A stretch of 64,000 bases of DNA from Octopus vulgaris (lineage: Eukaryota): NCBI GenBank assembly GCA_951406725.2, contig OX597837.1:21080001-21144000 (forward strand), written 5' to 3'. The notes under the pieces were generated by a model. The model did not search any database and was not told where the DNA came from. It saw nothing but the letters and a program-made list of their open reading frames with translations. Shown here in pieces: positions 1 to 13,257 of this stretch; position 1 is the stretch's first letter; the number at the start of each line of letters is the position of its first letter. Position numbers and translations under genes: made by a program.

Positions 1-186
1 ATAGACATACACTGTATCTCAAAAGAAAGACCAGATTGTGATAAATAGAACATTTTTAAATCATAGACAGATCTGCTCTATCAGGGATAACCTGGGGTTA
101 ACATCAAACTACAGAAGAACAAAACAAAATAATAAAAATAGTAATGATAATAATAAAGTGAATATTAATTTGAGAATCCTTCTCAC

Positions 187-387
187 CTAAACCTGCATTT
201 GATGATGTTAGTGATGTTAGTAAAGTGTGAAATTTTTCTAATTTAGCAGATTCCCGATCTGGCACTGATGGCTGACCAAACCGCAAAGGCGTAATTCTAG
301 GAGGCTGCCAGTGACTGTTGAGACGCACACCTACACCCGGTCCAGCACCTAAAGAAATTGCTGACGGAATTGCAGTCATGTGACATC
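187..387 (-). CDS. TBC1D22: TBC1D22 coding exon 4 (201 nt, phase 1-1), lead-in to the TBC domain; gene continues beyond position 1
   Basis: Acceptor CAG after a pyrimidine tract. Encodes GCHMTAIPS...SVPDRESAKLEKFHTLLTSLTSSNAGL, similar to 'RE..RL.KF..LL' before the TBC domain. Donor TAG|GTGAGA. Confidence 0.88.
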
Positions 388-540
388 CTGTGGGAAAGAA
401 AAGAAGAGAAATCAAATGAAAGAAAGAAACGAAATTATTTAAGAAAGATACGGAAATCTAAACAAAAGCCAAAGATAAAGACATGAGTTCATTCCCAGCC
501 TGAGCTGATCAAGTTAATAAATGAAAACATTTTCTATCAG

Positions 541-1191
541 CATTTTTTGTCACCAGTCACAAGTCTATCCAAAAAGGGTGAAATGAGTTTGCAAGAATGG
601 AGAGAAGAGCAGATGTCAACTTGGGATTTGTGGTTGCTTTCAGACAATTCATGAGGCACCCATTTTCAAAGTTTAGGAACCTTTCCAAGTTGTTGAAGAT
701 GACGATGAACAATTGTATGGTTTGAACTAAGCTTTATTGCTAATTTTTCAACTGATAATGCAGGATTTTCTTCAAGTAATCCCTCAAGGAGCTTATCATC
801 AAACTCAACTGGACGTCCTGTTCAATCTTCATCTTCAAGGCTGAAATCTCCATTTCTGAATTTTGCAAACCATCTTCTGTAAGTTCTTTCATTCAAGCAT
901 TCTTTCCCATAAACTGAGTGTATGTTTCGAGTCGCTTCAGCTGCAGAGTTTCCTTTTTTGTACTCATAAAGCATTATGTGCCTCAAATGCACTTTGGATA
1001 CTTCCATGTTAGAAAGGGTTTTAATCAAAGAAATTTTAATTCCCTTATTCTGTAAAATAATATTTAATTAGTTTAAATGTACACAAATGCATAAAAATAA
1101 TTTTTAATTCCATTAGGCATTCTAAAATACTATTAAATTTCATTCAATTCTTAAAAAGGTAAACTCAGACAGAACTTATGGGATGACCTGA
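541..1191 (-). mobile_element. Truncated mariner element with a decayed transposase N-terminus
   Basis: MEVSKVHLRHIMLYEY...RWFAKFRNGDFSLEDED*TGRP...KWVPHEL...LDRLVTGD (mariner HTH, WVPHEL, TGDE-like). In-frame stops. TIR-like TA-TCAGGTCATCCCATAAGTTC at the 5' end. Confidence 0.88.
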
Positions 1192-1280
1192 TACATACAC
1201 ATAATTGATCTATTAATAAAATTAGTCTAAAACTATAAATAAAATTGGTCTAAAAGCAAAAATTGTGCAGAAGCACCAAC

Positions 1281-1525
1281 CTGATGGGGATTTGACTGGA
1301 GATCCCTGTGAGGTACCGTTAAGAGCTTGGAACTGTTTACTGTGATTGTCAAGTACAGCACGTGCAGTCGACTGGACATCCTTTAAGGACATTTGAACAG
1401 TGGCCATCAATATTAGATCATCATCGCCATCGTCCCAAGCATCTGATGTCTCATTTTCAAAGTCCCGGAAGGAGTCCTTCGTCTTGTTTTTTAGCTTGTC
1501 ATCTTTCTTTGGTGTTCCTGGGTTA
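1281..1525 (-). CDS. TBC1D22: TBC1D22 coding exon 3 (245 nt, phase 2-1)
   Basis: Acceptor TTTAG. Encodes NPGTPKKDDKLKNKTKDSFRDFENETSDAWDDGDDDLILMATVQMSLKDVQSTARAVLDNHSKQFQALNGTSQGSPVKSPS, with the family motifs 'SF.xF...TSDAWD.GDD' and 'A..VL.NHS'. Donor CAG|GTTGGT; an alternative in-frame donor at 1317 is possible. Confidence 0.9.
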
Positions 1526-2671
1526 CTAAATTAGGAAAACAAAAGAGGCAAAATATAAAAAATATCAACAAGAAGTAGGCATCCATGCATGGATGTGTGT
1601 GTGTGTGTATCTAAAAAAAACAAAACAAGGTTTCTGAAAAAATAAAAATAACAAAAAAATTAAATAGTGGTATACATGATTACCACTGACTAGAAATTTT
1701 ATGAAATTTTCAATAAGCAAACTAAAAAAACAATTAAGAAAAATGGAATGTTTATATTCTATGAATCTTTCTTTCCTTAATTTCAAATCCAAATCACACC
1801 TATCATGAAGACATTATTATCTCCCTTGTAATAACAGTCAGCTCAGTGACACACACACAAAAACACACACTCACAGATAGTGTGAGAGAGAGCGGGGGAG
1901 GAATATAAATACTAAAGACAAAACAACTTAGGACAGACAATAATATTGGAAAAGGTTAGGGCAGCAAGCTGACAGAATCATTAGCAAGATGGGCAAAATT
2001 CTTAGTGGCATTTTGTCTGTCTATGTTCTGAGTTCAAATTCAGCCTTGGTCGACTTCATCTCTTATCCTTTTAGGATCAATAAAATAAGTACCAGCTGAG
2101 CACTGGAGTTGATCTAATAGACTTAGCTCCTTCCCCAAAATTGCTGGCCTTGTGCCTAAATTTGAAACCAATATTGGAAAAGGTTGTAAACATATAGAAA
2201 ATAAAATAAGTAAAATTAGAGTAATTTTAAGTATACTGCAGAAATTATGTTTCATGTATATGTATATAGAGGCATTCGTATGATGTGCAGGTGTATGGAT
2301 ATATATATGCAGGGAGAAGGATTTATAAATTCAGTGTCTACTTTGATTCATTTTGTTCCATATCCAAATATATCAGAGCCAATTTTCATAAAAGTGCATT
2401 TGTTTTATAAAATTTAAACCAGGTTAAAGAGGGAAGTGTCAGATATCCATAGAAGACATCCCAGACTGATAACTTGATATTATACAGATTAATACCAGTA
2501 GGGGAAATGTGGGGAAAAGGAGAGACTTGCTGCAAGTTACAGTTCTAGAAAAGCAGAATTGGGTAATGTCTGGTGTGATTTGACAAGTGGAAAATGAGAC
2601 ACAATAAAGTTGATGAAAGATAAGTTGGAACAGTGTACATATACATATGTATGACACATATGTATGACATA

Positions 2672-3077
2672 GGCGCAGGAGTGGCTGTGTGGTAAGTAGC
2701 TTGTTTACCAACCACATGGTTCCGGGTTCATTCCCATTGTGTGGCACCTTGGGCAAGTGTCTTCTACTATAGCCTTGGGACAACCAAAGCCTTATGAGTG
2801 GATTTGGTAGACGGAAACTGAAAGAAGCCCGTTGTATATATGTATATATATATGTGTGTGCGTGTGTATGTTTGTGTGTCTGTGTTTGTCCCATCCAACA
2901 TCGCTTGACAACTGATGCTGGTGTGTTTATGTCCCCGTCACTTAGCGGTTTGGCAAAAGAGAATAAGTACTAGGCTTACAAAGAATAAGTCCCGGGTCGA
3001 GTTGCTCGATTAAAGGCGGTGCTCCAGCATGGCCGCAGTCAAATGACTGAACAAGTAAAAGAGAAAAGAGAGAAAGA
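2672..3077 (+). mobile_element. tRNA-derived SINE family A (octopus OK-like), full length
   Basis: A-box-like TGGCTGTGTGGTAAG, B-box-like GGTTCA.TCC, CCTTGGGCAAG core, central (TA/TG)n, tail AAACAAGTAAAAGAG. Confidence 0.85.
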
Positions 3078-3959
3078 GATATGAGGCACATTGCTATAGC
3101 AAGAAGACCTGCCCACTACAATTGAGATCCTAAAACCAAGATGCTACATAAAAAGCATTGATGTGGGTGCTGGTGACACATAAAAAGCACCCAGTACACT
3201 CTGTGAAGTTGTTGGTGTTAGGATGGGCATCTAGCTATGGAAATCAAGACAAGACAGACTATGGAACCTGGTGTGGACCCTGGCTCTGCCAGTTCCTGTC
3301 AAGCCATCCAACCCAAGCCTGCATGGAAAACAGAGATTTCATTTCTCTCTACCAAATTCACTTGTAAGGTTTTGGTTGGTCTGGGACCATGTGGTTGAAA
3401 AACCTGTGCTTTGTGAATTAAATTTTGAAAACAGAAACTGTAAAACACTTTTCAGATGCATGTGCACATGCATGTGTGTGTGTGCGTGTAGTTGTATCTG
3501 ATGAAAATACTAATGTGGTGCATAAGTGTTGAGTTAGGCCACTTTATACCAACCAATAAAGACCAATAAAACAAACACCAAATGAATCACAAAGATCAAT
3601 ATAAACTAAAATCCCAGAAGGCAGTGTACCAGCAAGGTCATAGTAAAAAGACTGAAACTAGTAAGAATATAGTATAATTGAGAACTAAGAGTCCTTCCTG
3701 AAATGCTGACTATTTCTTCTTACTATGAGACACTAGAAGAGTTCCCTTTTTACTATTTACATTCTCCAAGCAGAGTAACTCCATTGATGTTCTGTTAAAG
3801 AACTTGACTGCTGAATACAATAAGGTACCAGTAATTTTAGTGACATAAACTTTGAGAAGTACTGGTATTTGGTACTAGTTGGAACATAGTCAGAGCTGGT
3901 TATAAGTCAATTAAATTTGTTCAAAGTAGAGGGCCTCATGCACAAGAGAGAGCCAATTG

Positions 3960-4434
3960 AAGGCCCCATGCACACGCTCGAGAAGAGGATGCTATGATAA
4001 AATTTTAGTACATCATTTTATGGATAATGGTAGAGCTTAAAATTTCAACACTTTTTTGCTGGGACTGGTGTACTACATGAAGCATAAAACATCAATCTTC
4101 AGCTTTTGTAGAGAAGAAGGCCCAACTGACAATTCTCACTTTGGGCCCCACACTTCCTAGTGCTGGCCCTGTACACACAAACAATTAAACCAATTACATA
4201 GACACGTTTAAACTGAGCCCTGCTCCAAGAGAGGGCCCCACACACACAACTGAACTATGATGAATTTTTAGTATATCATTATGGCTAAGGGTTGAGCCTC
4301 AAACCCTCAACATTCTTTGGCTGAGACTGGTATATTACATGAAGCATAAAACATTAATCTTCAGCTTTTGTAGAGTAGAGGACACCAACTACAATTCTCT
4401 AATTGGGACCTGCACTTCCTAACACCAGCCCTGT
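3960..4434 (+). repeat. Diverged tandem duplication (about 262-bp period), possibly MITE-derived
   Basis: The block CTACATGAAGCATAAAACAT.AATCTTCAGCTTTTGTAGAG...GCCCTGT occurs twice (about 4073 and 4335). Confidence 0.75.
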
Positions 4435-6689
4435 CAATATAGTATAAGCAGTTCCATCATAAGTTCCAGTCCTTGTTGTAGCATGGTGGCTTGTGTGCCT
4501 CACTGTCCCTAAGAACTATGCCAGCAGATCACAAACTCCTTGTAGGGCCTCCCGTGAGGGACAGGTCAAAACATAGAGGCCAGACTAAAAGGGATCACTT
4601 CTTCCCAGAGGTAGAAAAGCATTTATATAGGGGCAACATACCAACCTATAAAAATGCAAAGTTACAGGTGCAGGCAGGGCTGTGTGGTAAGAAGCTTGCT
4701 TCCCAACCACATGGTTCCAGGTTCATTCTCATTGCATGGCACCTTAGGCAAGTGCCTTCGACTACAGCTTCAAGCCAACCAAAGCCTTGTGAGTGGACCC
4801 CTCTGATTCCTCTTTAACTCAGGTGGACCCTCGTGGTCATTCCATGTTTAAAAAATCCTATTATACTTTTATAATTAAATATTGTTAGGAATTAAGTTTG
4901 CTTCTCAATCACATAGTGCCAGTTTCAGTCCCTCATGTAGCACCTTGGGCAAGTGTTCTACTATAGCCTCAAGCTGACCAAAGCCTTATGAGTAGATTTG
5001 GTAAACGGAAACTGAAAGAAACCTCTCGTGTGCATGTGTGTGTGTCAGTATTTGTACACCCACTTCCACTTAACAGGTGCTGGTGTGTTTACAGCCCCTT
5101 AGTAGTTCAGCAAAAGAAACCAACAGAATAAGTATCAGGCTATAAATGAAATAAGTACTGGGGTTGATTCATTCGACTAAAAATTCTTCAAGGCAGTGCC
5201 CCAGCATGGCCACAGTCTAAGGACTGAAACAAGTAAAAGATAAAAAAAAAAACATTTTGTGTATTGTAAAAGTATAGCCAATTATTAAAATTCATATTTT
5301 AATGACAAAATCTTATGTGGACCCCCAAGCACCATACAGACCCACCAAGGGCCATACGGACTCCAGTTGAGAACCACTGATATGAAGGACACCTTGTTAC
5401 AAAGAACAGTTGACGAAATATCAAACTTCAGAATCACTGACAGCTGACAAGTTGACTGCTTCGAATGCAATCTAGACTATGGAAAGTAGGGTGATATATT
5501 GCCTGATAATAAATTATGCTTGTTTCATATGGTGTAATTAGTTAAACTAATTTATTATTTCATTTACTTCCCATTACTTTTTGTGTATTTTTAAGTGTTA
5601 TTTCCTATTTGCTTCTATCTAGAAATCAAACGAAATGACTACTATTCCTTTCAAACATTGCTTTTGTGATGTGGACATCAATGTTTTGAAACTGACCTGT
5701 TTGCCATCACATTTCAGACAGATTCAGCAAATACTCTGCTCAGGGCCACAGATTTGCAGTGTGCTCAGAGGAATTCTTTTGGGTTTGAATAAATGTATGA
5801 AAAGCAAAGTTTGAAGGAGGAAAGAGTGAGAGAAAGTTGTGGCGAAAGAGTTAGCAGAAGTTCGGCATTACCTTCTGCCGGAGCCGTGTGGAGTTTAGGT
5901 GTTTCGCTCATAAACACACACATTGCCCGGTTTGAGATTCGAACCCACGATCCCTCGACCGCGAATCCACTGCTCTAACCACTAGGCCATGCTAATTATG
6001 ATATCAAATTTTGGCACAAGGCCAGCAATTTCGAGGAGAGGGAAGTCGATTACATAAAGCCCAGTACTCAAGTAAAACTTATTTCACTGACCCCAAAAGG
6101 ATGAAAAGTAAAGTCGACTTCAGCAGAATTTGAACTCAGAAAGTAAAGATGGACGAAATGCCGCTAAGCATTTCACCCACCTGGTAACGATTCTGTCAGC
6201 TCATCACCTTAGTATCTGCTATTAAATAATAATATTTTCTAACATAGGCTACAAATTTAGGGGGAGGGAGTTAGTCGATTATATTAGTAATTGTTTCTCA
6301 TTTAGGAGGCACAAGGACAGCAATTAAGATGGGGAGGGGTCTAGCTTATCACATCAACCCCAGTACTTGACTGCTACTCTGCTTCATAAACCTCAGAAGG
6401 ATGAAAGTCTGAGTTGACCTTCGCAGGATTTGAACACAAAATGTAAAGGCTTATAAGTCAATACTGCAAGACATTTTTGTCAGATAATAATTTCTTACTA
6501 AAGTACTTGACCAATCATAGAGGAGGTGGGGGATACCAAGGGAGGTGGGAGGGATGTTGGAGAGAAGGACAAATTTACTGGTGTTTAATTTTCAAACATG
6601 GAAATATTGATAAAACTGATCACAGCAGAAATAAAAATATGAAACCAAAAAAAAAAAAGGAAAAGAAAACTCTAGATAGTGGAGCAGAA

Positions 6690-7100
6690 TTAATCTTTTA
6701 TCTTATGATTTGCTGGGTCTGTAAGAAGGGCTTTTGTAAACCATCTTTAAACCTCTTGAACCTTTGTAGATCAACACCTGCAGGAAAGGCATGAATGAGA
6801 AAGGAATTCCAGAGAGCTGATGTTCTGTGAAGGGAGGACTAAAACCTAGTGATTAGTGCAAGGCTGGGCTGGGTGTACAACTTAAGGATGATAAGTAAAT
6901 GAAGAAATAAGTGGGATGGAAGTACTTGAGACAAGGTAGCATAAGCCAAGACAACCCCCAAGGAGCAAACAAACCCATTTATAATCAGAAGAAAAGTCAG
7001 AGACAAAAAACAACATGGCTGTGAACCAGGAGCTTGAACATGCCTGTGAGTGACTTTACACCAATCAGTTGGCTGGTCCTCTTCTGCATGCTGTCTGAAG
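6690..7100 (-). mobile_element. Degenerate LINE 3' fragment (CR1/L2/Jockey-like)
   Basis: Minus-strand 'RTSALWNSF...FPAGVDLQRFK' resembles LINE ORF2 C-terminal motifs. Heavily decayed. Confidence 0.4.
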
Positions 7101-8417
7101 GTCTAACAAGTGATTCACATTGAAGGAGACATGGACACACCAAGCAGTTATGATTTAACAACTGAATGTTAAGGGATCATTCGTGTCTACTTTTCATTAT
7201 TGGTGGCTCTCATTGCAACTGAATTAATTCCACCGGTGCAGGTACCAGGTTTCTCATGAAAACCCAAAACATCTCATGGCATAAATATAAGACCAATGCA
7301 GAGATTTATGGGACTTACTCAATCCACCTCTACTACTATTGCTCAATACAAGCTAGGCTTTACTGGCCACTGATTGCTATTGTAGTGAACTACAAGACCT
7401 TAGATGTCTTATCTTGGAGATGTCTAATAGAGAAAGACAACCACTCAGTTATATTGATGTTACTGGCAGAGACACATATCAAGAAATTGATGAGCTACCA
7501 AAACTAAAAAGAACCAGAGTTTCCAGCTGCAAAATTGTAAACAGTGTCTCAGTTATAAACATTTGAAGAAGAAGAATTCAACTGCAACAACAATGACACA
7601 AGTTTTTTCAAGTCTCTTTAGTGAATAAGCATTTCATCTGATACAAGTAGGCATTGACTGGTTAGAACTATTGTTAAAGACGTTCCAGCCATAACCATCC
7701 TGTCATTTTTGTACAGAACGAGACAATTGGGCATGGCTGTTTGGCTGCTGGTGATTTGGCATGGCTGACTGGACACAGAACCTGATTTGGTGACTACTTT
7801 CTGGTACTGGAGGCAAGCATATGCATTCACACAAACACACAGGTGTGCATGCATAAAAATGTACACATACAGATAAAAGAGAAATATGTTCATACACATA
7901 AACAGAGAGAATGGATGGGAGAGAAACATTAAAATGGCTAATGACAAATAAGTCAGCATTGAATCAGTGACACTAAATAGGCAGAGCTAAAACATCTGAT
8001 ATTCCTTTTTATGGACCCATGACAACATTGTGTTGCTTCATTTTCTAAGTGTCATTTGATAGAGCTTTGACTTATTACAAGCAGGTCAAGCAACAGTATA
8101 GAAAACCCTCTTTTTGTCATACACATGTTAAATTCCTTGTGTATATAATGTCGGAATTACGTTAACCCTTTTTTGTTACTAAATTTCTACTGAAATGCAT
8201 GGCTTTCCATCATCATCGTTTAATACTCTTTTTTCTCTTTTACTTGTTCCAGTCATTTGACTGCGGCCATGCTGGAGCACCACCTTTTAGTCGAGCAAAT
8301 CGACCCCGGTACTTATTCTATCGGTTTCTTTTGCCGAACCGCTAAGTGACGGGGACGTAAACACACCATAATCGGTTGTCAAGCAATGCTAGGGGGGGGA
8401 CAAACACAGACACACAA

Positions 8418-8480
<63 letters not shown>

Positions 8481-9146
8481 TACGACAGGCTTCTTTCAGT
8501 TTCCGTCTACCAAATCCACTCACTCCATGCTTTTGTTACATTTAATTTTGAAAATAATGAAGAATTTTGGTAAAAGAACATTGTCGTTATCAAACTGAGT
8601 ATGAACCATAAATTAACACAGAAATTTCAATGGAAAGTTTCAGATTACTTTTAAAAGAGTAAGTTTAAAATCACGGAACCAGGGGCAGTCTTAGGCAACT
8701 AGTAATCAAAACAGTTACATATTGCTGTTAGATACAAAATACTAATTCTTTTTCAACTATGTAAATATTGATCTCTATCATGTTATGCCAATCAATAAGT
8801 TTTATTTGGAGAAAAATAAAGACAAAAAAACCAAAACAAAGACATCACTTTTGAAACAGATGGCAACACACATTGAAATAAAGAAGAGACACGTATGAAA
8901 TTTGAGGCTTATCCCAACACTCATTCAGTTATATAACTGGCAGAATTATTTAACTGAATATCCACCAAATGGTTAACAAATGAATAACTAGAATAAAAAT
9001 TTTCTATACCTATATGGGAGCTGAATGTATTTTATAACCCCAACTATTATAATTATGTACATGGTGAGAACCTGAGTAGATTTTGTACAACTAATAAATA
9101 CACATATGGGGTAGTATTTAGATGTATTTTGCACTACTAATATATC

Positions 9147-9182
<36 letters not shown>

Positions 9183-9264
9183 ATTGATTGATTGATTGAT
9201 TGATTCTAGTTTCAGCTTATGAGCTGTGGCCATGCTGGGGCACCATATCATTTACTTTTATTTT

Positions 9265-9640
9265 TTCTTTTACTTGTTTCGGTCATTTGACCGTGGCCAT
9301 GCTGGGGCACCGCCTTTAGTCGAGCAAATCGACCCCAGGACTTATTCTTTGTAAGCCTAGTACTTATTCTATCGGTCTCTTTTGCCAAACCACTAAGTTA
9401 CAGGGACATAAACGCACAAGCATTAGTTGTCAAGCGATGTTGGGGGGACAAACACAACACACAAACATACATAACATATAATACAGGCTTCTTTCAGTTT
9501 CCATCTACCAAATCCACTAACATGGCTTTGGTCGACCCAAGGCTATAGTAGAAGACACTTGCCCAAGGTTCCACACAGTGGGACTGAACCCGGAACCATG
9601 TGGTTGGTAAGCAAGCTACTTACCACACAGCCACTCCTAT
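9265..9640 (-). mobile_element. SINE family A, full length, minus strand
   Basis: Reverse complement of the 2672-3077 family. Confidence 0.85.
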
Positions 9641-9759
9641 ATATAGGATGGTTGTCTACTTCTTATGCATGAAAAAGTCTATGTTAATACAACAATGATA
9701 TTGATGATGTGGTCAAGTACTTGAATACATTTTGTACAATTAACTACAATACCAACAGC

Positions 9760-9987
9760 ATTATTTACATTGTTTACATTTAACGGATATTTGTCCTCAT
9801 CTTGTTTGTTGTTAACACAACGTTTCGGCTTAGGAATGAGAACCCAGGTTCAAAATTTCCCCAAGACACCAGATGAAGGCTGGAGGGTATATCAGCTGAA
9901 ACATTGTGTTAACAACAAACAAGATGAGGACAAATATCTGTCTAATGTAAATAATGTACATAATTCCTCATCTCTTAAATATAGAAC
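9760..9987 (+). mobile_element. Palindromic Penelope-like insertion with a hammerhead-like motif
   Basis: 71-bp inverted arms (9760-9830 / 9894-9964, about 7 mismatches). Motif GACAC-CAGATGA-A-GGCTG(10 nt)CAGCT-GAAA-CATT-GTGTT at 9865-9910. Confidence 0.65.
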
Positions 9988-12900
9988 AGGTATGGTGAGT
10001 ATTTGGATATATTTTTGCACTACTTAACAACCATAACCACCAATATTAGAAAGAAATTCATGTTACTATGTAGCTTTGCTCGTGTCCACATATTAATTGC
10101 ATTTTCCACTATAAGCTGTTATAGTCACCAACACCTCAAACAAATCTTGTTGCTATGTAACTACACAATATAAACATATTTGCAATGGATGTATAACTAA
10201 TTTCATTTTGCATACAACCTGTATTTCTACTGAGTAATATATAATGTATTATTGTACATGATTTTGTATAAATCATAACTGTCCATATAAACAATCAACA
10301 TAATTACGGGAAGAGCAAAAATTTCAAAATAACCATAAAAAGAGTATTTTCTAATTTGCTTAGTAATCAGTGACGGAACTTGTACATTCTGGTTTCATCA
10401 GCCGAGAATAATGAAAAACATTAACTTTGTATAATTAAATCAAAACTTCTTGAGAACCTTTCAGTTGTAGATATTTATCTATCAATACTGTAATTCAAAC
10501 AACTCAGTTACTGGTTTATTATCCGGATAAAAGATCATATGTGTGTAGTGGGGCAGGGGGAGACTGAATCAATAAATCAACTTAGTGGACAAACTAAACA
10601 CAAGCAACAAATTGCTGAGGTAAATTACTCAGAGACTCCATCTGTACAAAAACACGATAGTTAAGTTACTATTAACATATTGAGTTAGTACTGATAGTTT
10701 ATTATTTAACCAAAACTTTCATAATTAAGAAAGCTTTCATTTAATTATATAAAGTACATGGTTCTCAAATGTTTCTCACCATTCAAGATTAAAGAAGCCA
10801 GAACATACAATTTTTATCACTGATTGCTATGAATCGTTAGCACGCCAGACAAAATGTTTAGAGGCATTTCCTGTCTTTACATTCTGGGTTCAAATTCTGC
10901 TGCGGTCAACTTTGCCGTTTATCCTTTCAGAGTCAATGAAGTGAGGACCAGTCAAGCACTGAGGTCAATGTAATCAACTAGCCCACCTCCCCCAAAATTG
11001 CAGGCCTTGTGTCTATAGCAGAAAGGATTATTTTGAAACTTAGCACTTCTTGTAATTATTTAGGCTCTTTACTTAAATAGTTATGGTTTGTACAAAATTT
11101 GAATTATACAATGGAAGCAGATCTGTGATGAAAAACCTCTATGCCTCTCCCTTTATACTCCAGACTAGCTGATCTGATGTTTTGGAAGTGATAAAAATAC
11201 ACTGCAAAGCTGCAAAAACTGTGAAATACATATCTGTCAATCTCACAGTCACTTCTGATGTGATCTTGTATTGCCTAGCCTAGAAGTATCTTTTATGTGT
11301 TTCAGGCATTAGACTATGGCCATGCTGGGGTACCAACTTCAAAGTAATTTTTCCCCAAGATTATTCCACACATCTTCAAAAGAGCAGAACTAGGAGGCAG
11401 TTCACTGACACGGAATTAAAAAAAAAAGTTCACTCTTTATCGCTCAGCATTGTTTTCATAGGTGCGTAAATACACACACACACACATGCTTTCTACAGTT
11501 TCCAACTAACAAATATGCTTACCAGACACTGACCAGCCTGGGGCTACAATAAAAGAGACTCAACCAAGGTGCCATGCGGTGGGACTGAACTGGAGACCAT
11601 GTGATTGAGAAGCAGACTCTCAGCCACACGTGTGTTTACACTTATGTCTCATAACTTAGCAATTTTATAAAGAGGCCATAGAAGATGTACCCTCCTTAAA
11701 AATAAGTAATGGGTTTGTATGATCATCTAAACCCCTGAATTCCTTGCCCAACATGACAATTCCTCAATAAGAGAAACCAGTGAAAATAATCAACCTATCC
11801 CTCCCCTGAAATTGCTGGCCTTGTGCCAAAATTTGAAAGCATTATTACTACTACTACTACTACTAGTGAGCGAGAGAGCAGTGTATGTCATCGAAGTGAC
11901 ACTGGGGTAAAATATATGAAGCCCAGTATACCCATCATGACTACCCGTCTGATAAGGGTACACAAGACACATGCATCACAACCATATGTGCATGACATGG
12001 TGATCTCATTTCAAGATAAACAGTGCATGACCTTGCAGGTGCAGCTCAAAATTTTCTTCAGCTCGAGTAGCTCATCCTGCTCAAAAGGTCTCTGAATAAG
12101 GGTTAAGGATGTCGAACAAAACACCAATGTTTCCAGAAGTGTATTATCCAAACCCCAAAGAATTCCTCTCAGTACATGGCTATGATGCTCACCCACTACA
12201 TCTGCTCATGATCAGAGATGCAGATATCGTCAGCCACCAAGGGACATGCTCAACTGGTTACGGTCAAACAACTGACAAACAAACCAGTGGTACTGAGCAG
12301 AATGTTTGCTGTAGCCCATCTTTTATACCAAGACAAAACAATGTACATAACACTTCCTAACAATTAAGATCAGAAGCCATGATTGCCACTGCCTGATTAT
12401 CATCATCTTAAAGCAGTGAGATGGCAGAATTGTGTGTACAGCAAAATGCTTGGTGGCATTTTGTCTGTTCAAATGCTATCGGAATCAACTTAGCCTTTCC
12501 TCCTTTGGGGATCAATAAATTTGTGCCAAAATTGAAACCATCATCATTATTATTATTATTATTATTATTAAGGTGGTGAGCTAGCAGAGTCGTTAGCATG
12601 CCAGGCAACATGCTTGGCGGCATTTTGTCCATCCTTACATTCTGAGTTCAAATTCTGCCAGAGTCTACTTTGCCTTCATCCTTTTGGGGTCAATAAAAAA
12701 AGTACTAGTTACACACTGGGGTAAATGTAATTGACTTTCTCCCTCGCTTTTTAGAAATCCTTTGATAGAACAGTATACCTGTAATCTCATACGAATACAT
12801 CCTGTCCTGGTAAAGACATGTTTTCAAATGAAGTTAAGTACCAGTGCCATGTTAAAAGCACCCAGCACACACTGTTGAGTGGTTGGTGTAAGGAAGGGCA

Positions 12901-13203
12901 TCCAGTCGTAGAACCCAAGCCAAATCAGACTGGAGCCTGGTGAAGCACTCTTGCTTGCTAGTTCTGGTCAAACCTTGTCAGCATGGAAAACGGACGTTAA
13001 AGAATGATGATGGTGATAAAGTAAATATCAAAGGATATATACTATCAAAGGATTTCTAAAAAGCGATTTATTTGGACCCTATTCATGTGCAACTAAAGTA
13101 TTTTCTTTGAAAAGATTTAAAAAAAAGAAAAGGCAGTAATGTCATTCATTATAAAAACAAATCAGCTTCTCGTAAAAATAAACAACTCAATTTGTATACA
13201 TAC

Positions 13204-13257
13204 CTGATAGGTCGTTCAATACGTGGTGGGTGTTGTGCGCCATAAACTGGCTTGATA
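13204..13257 (-). CDS. TBC1D22: TBC1D22 coding exon 2 (54 nt, phase 2-2)
   Basis: Polypyrimidine tract plus TAG acceptor. Encodes (S)IKPVYGAQHPPRIERPI(S), the hallmark 'SIxPVYGAQHPP' of TBC1D22. Donor AG|GTATGT. Confidence 0.93.

Noticed and set aside
2672-2745. tRNA-like A/B boxes here and at other SINE heads
   Set aside because: They are SINE promoters followed by SINE bodies. No complete cloverleaf tRNA gene.
11875-12400. About 520-bp complex block between SINE fragments
   Set aside because: Looks like an interspersed repeat but occurs once in the window, with no ORF or termini I can support.
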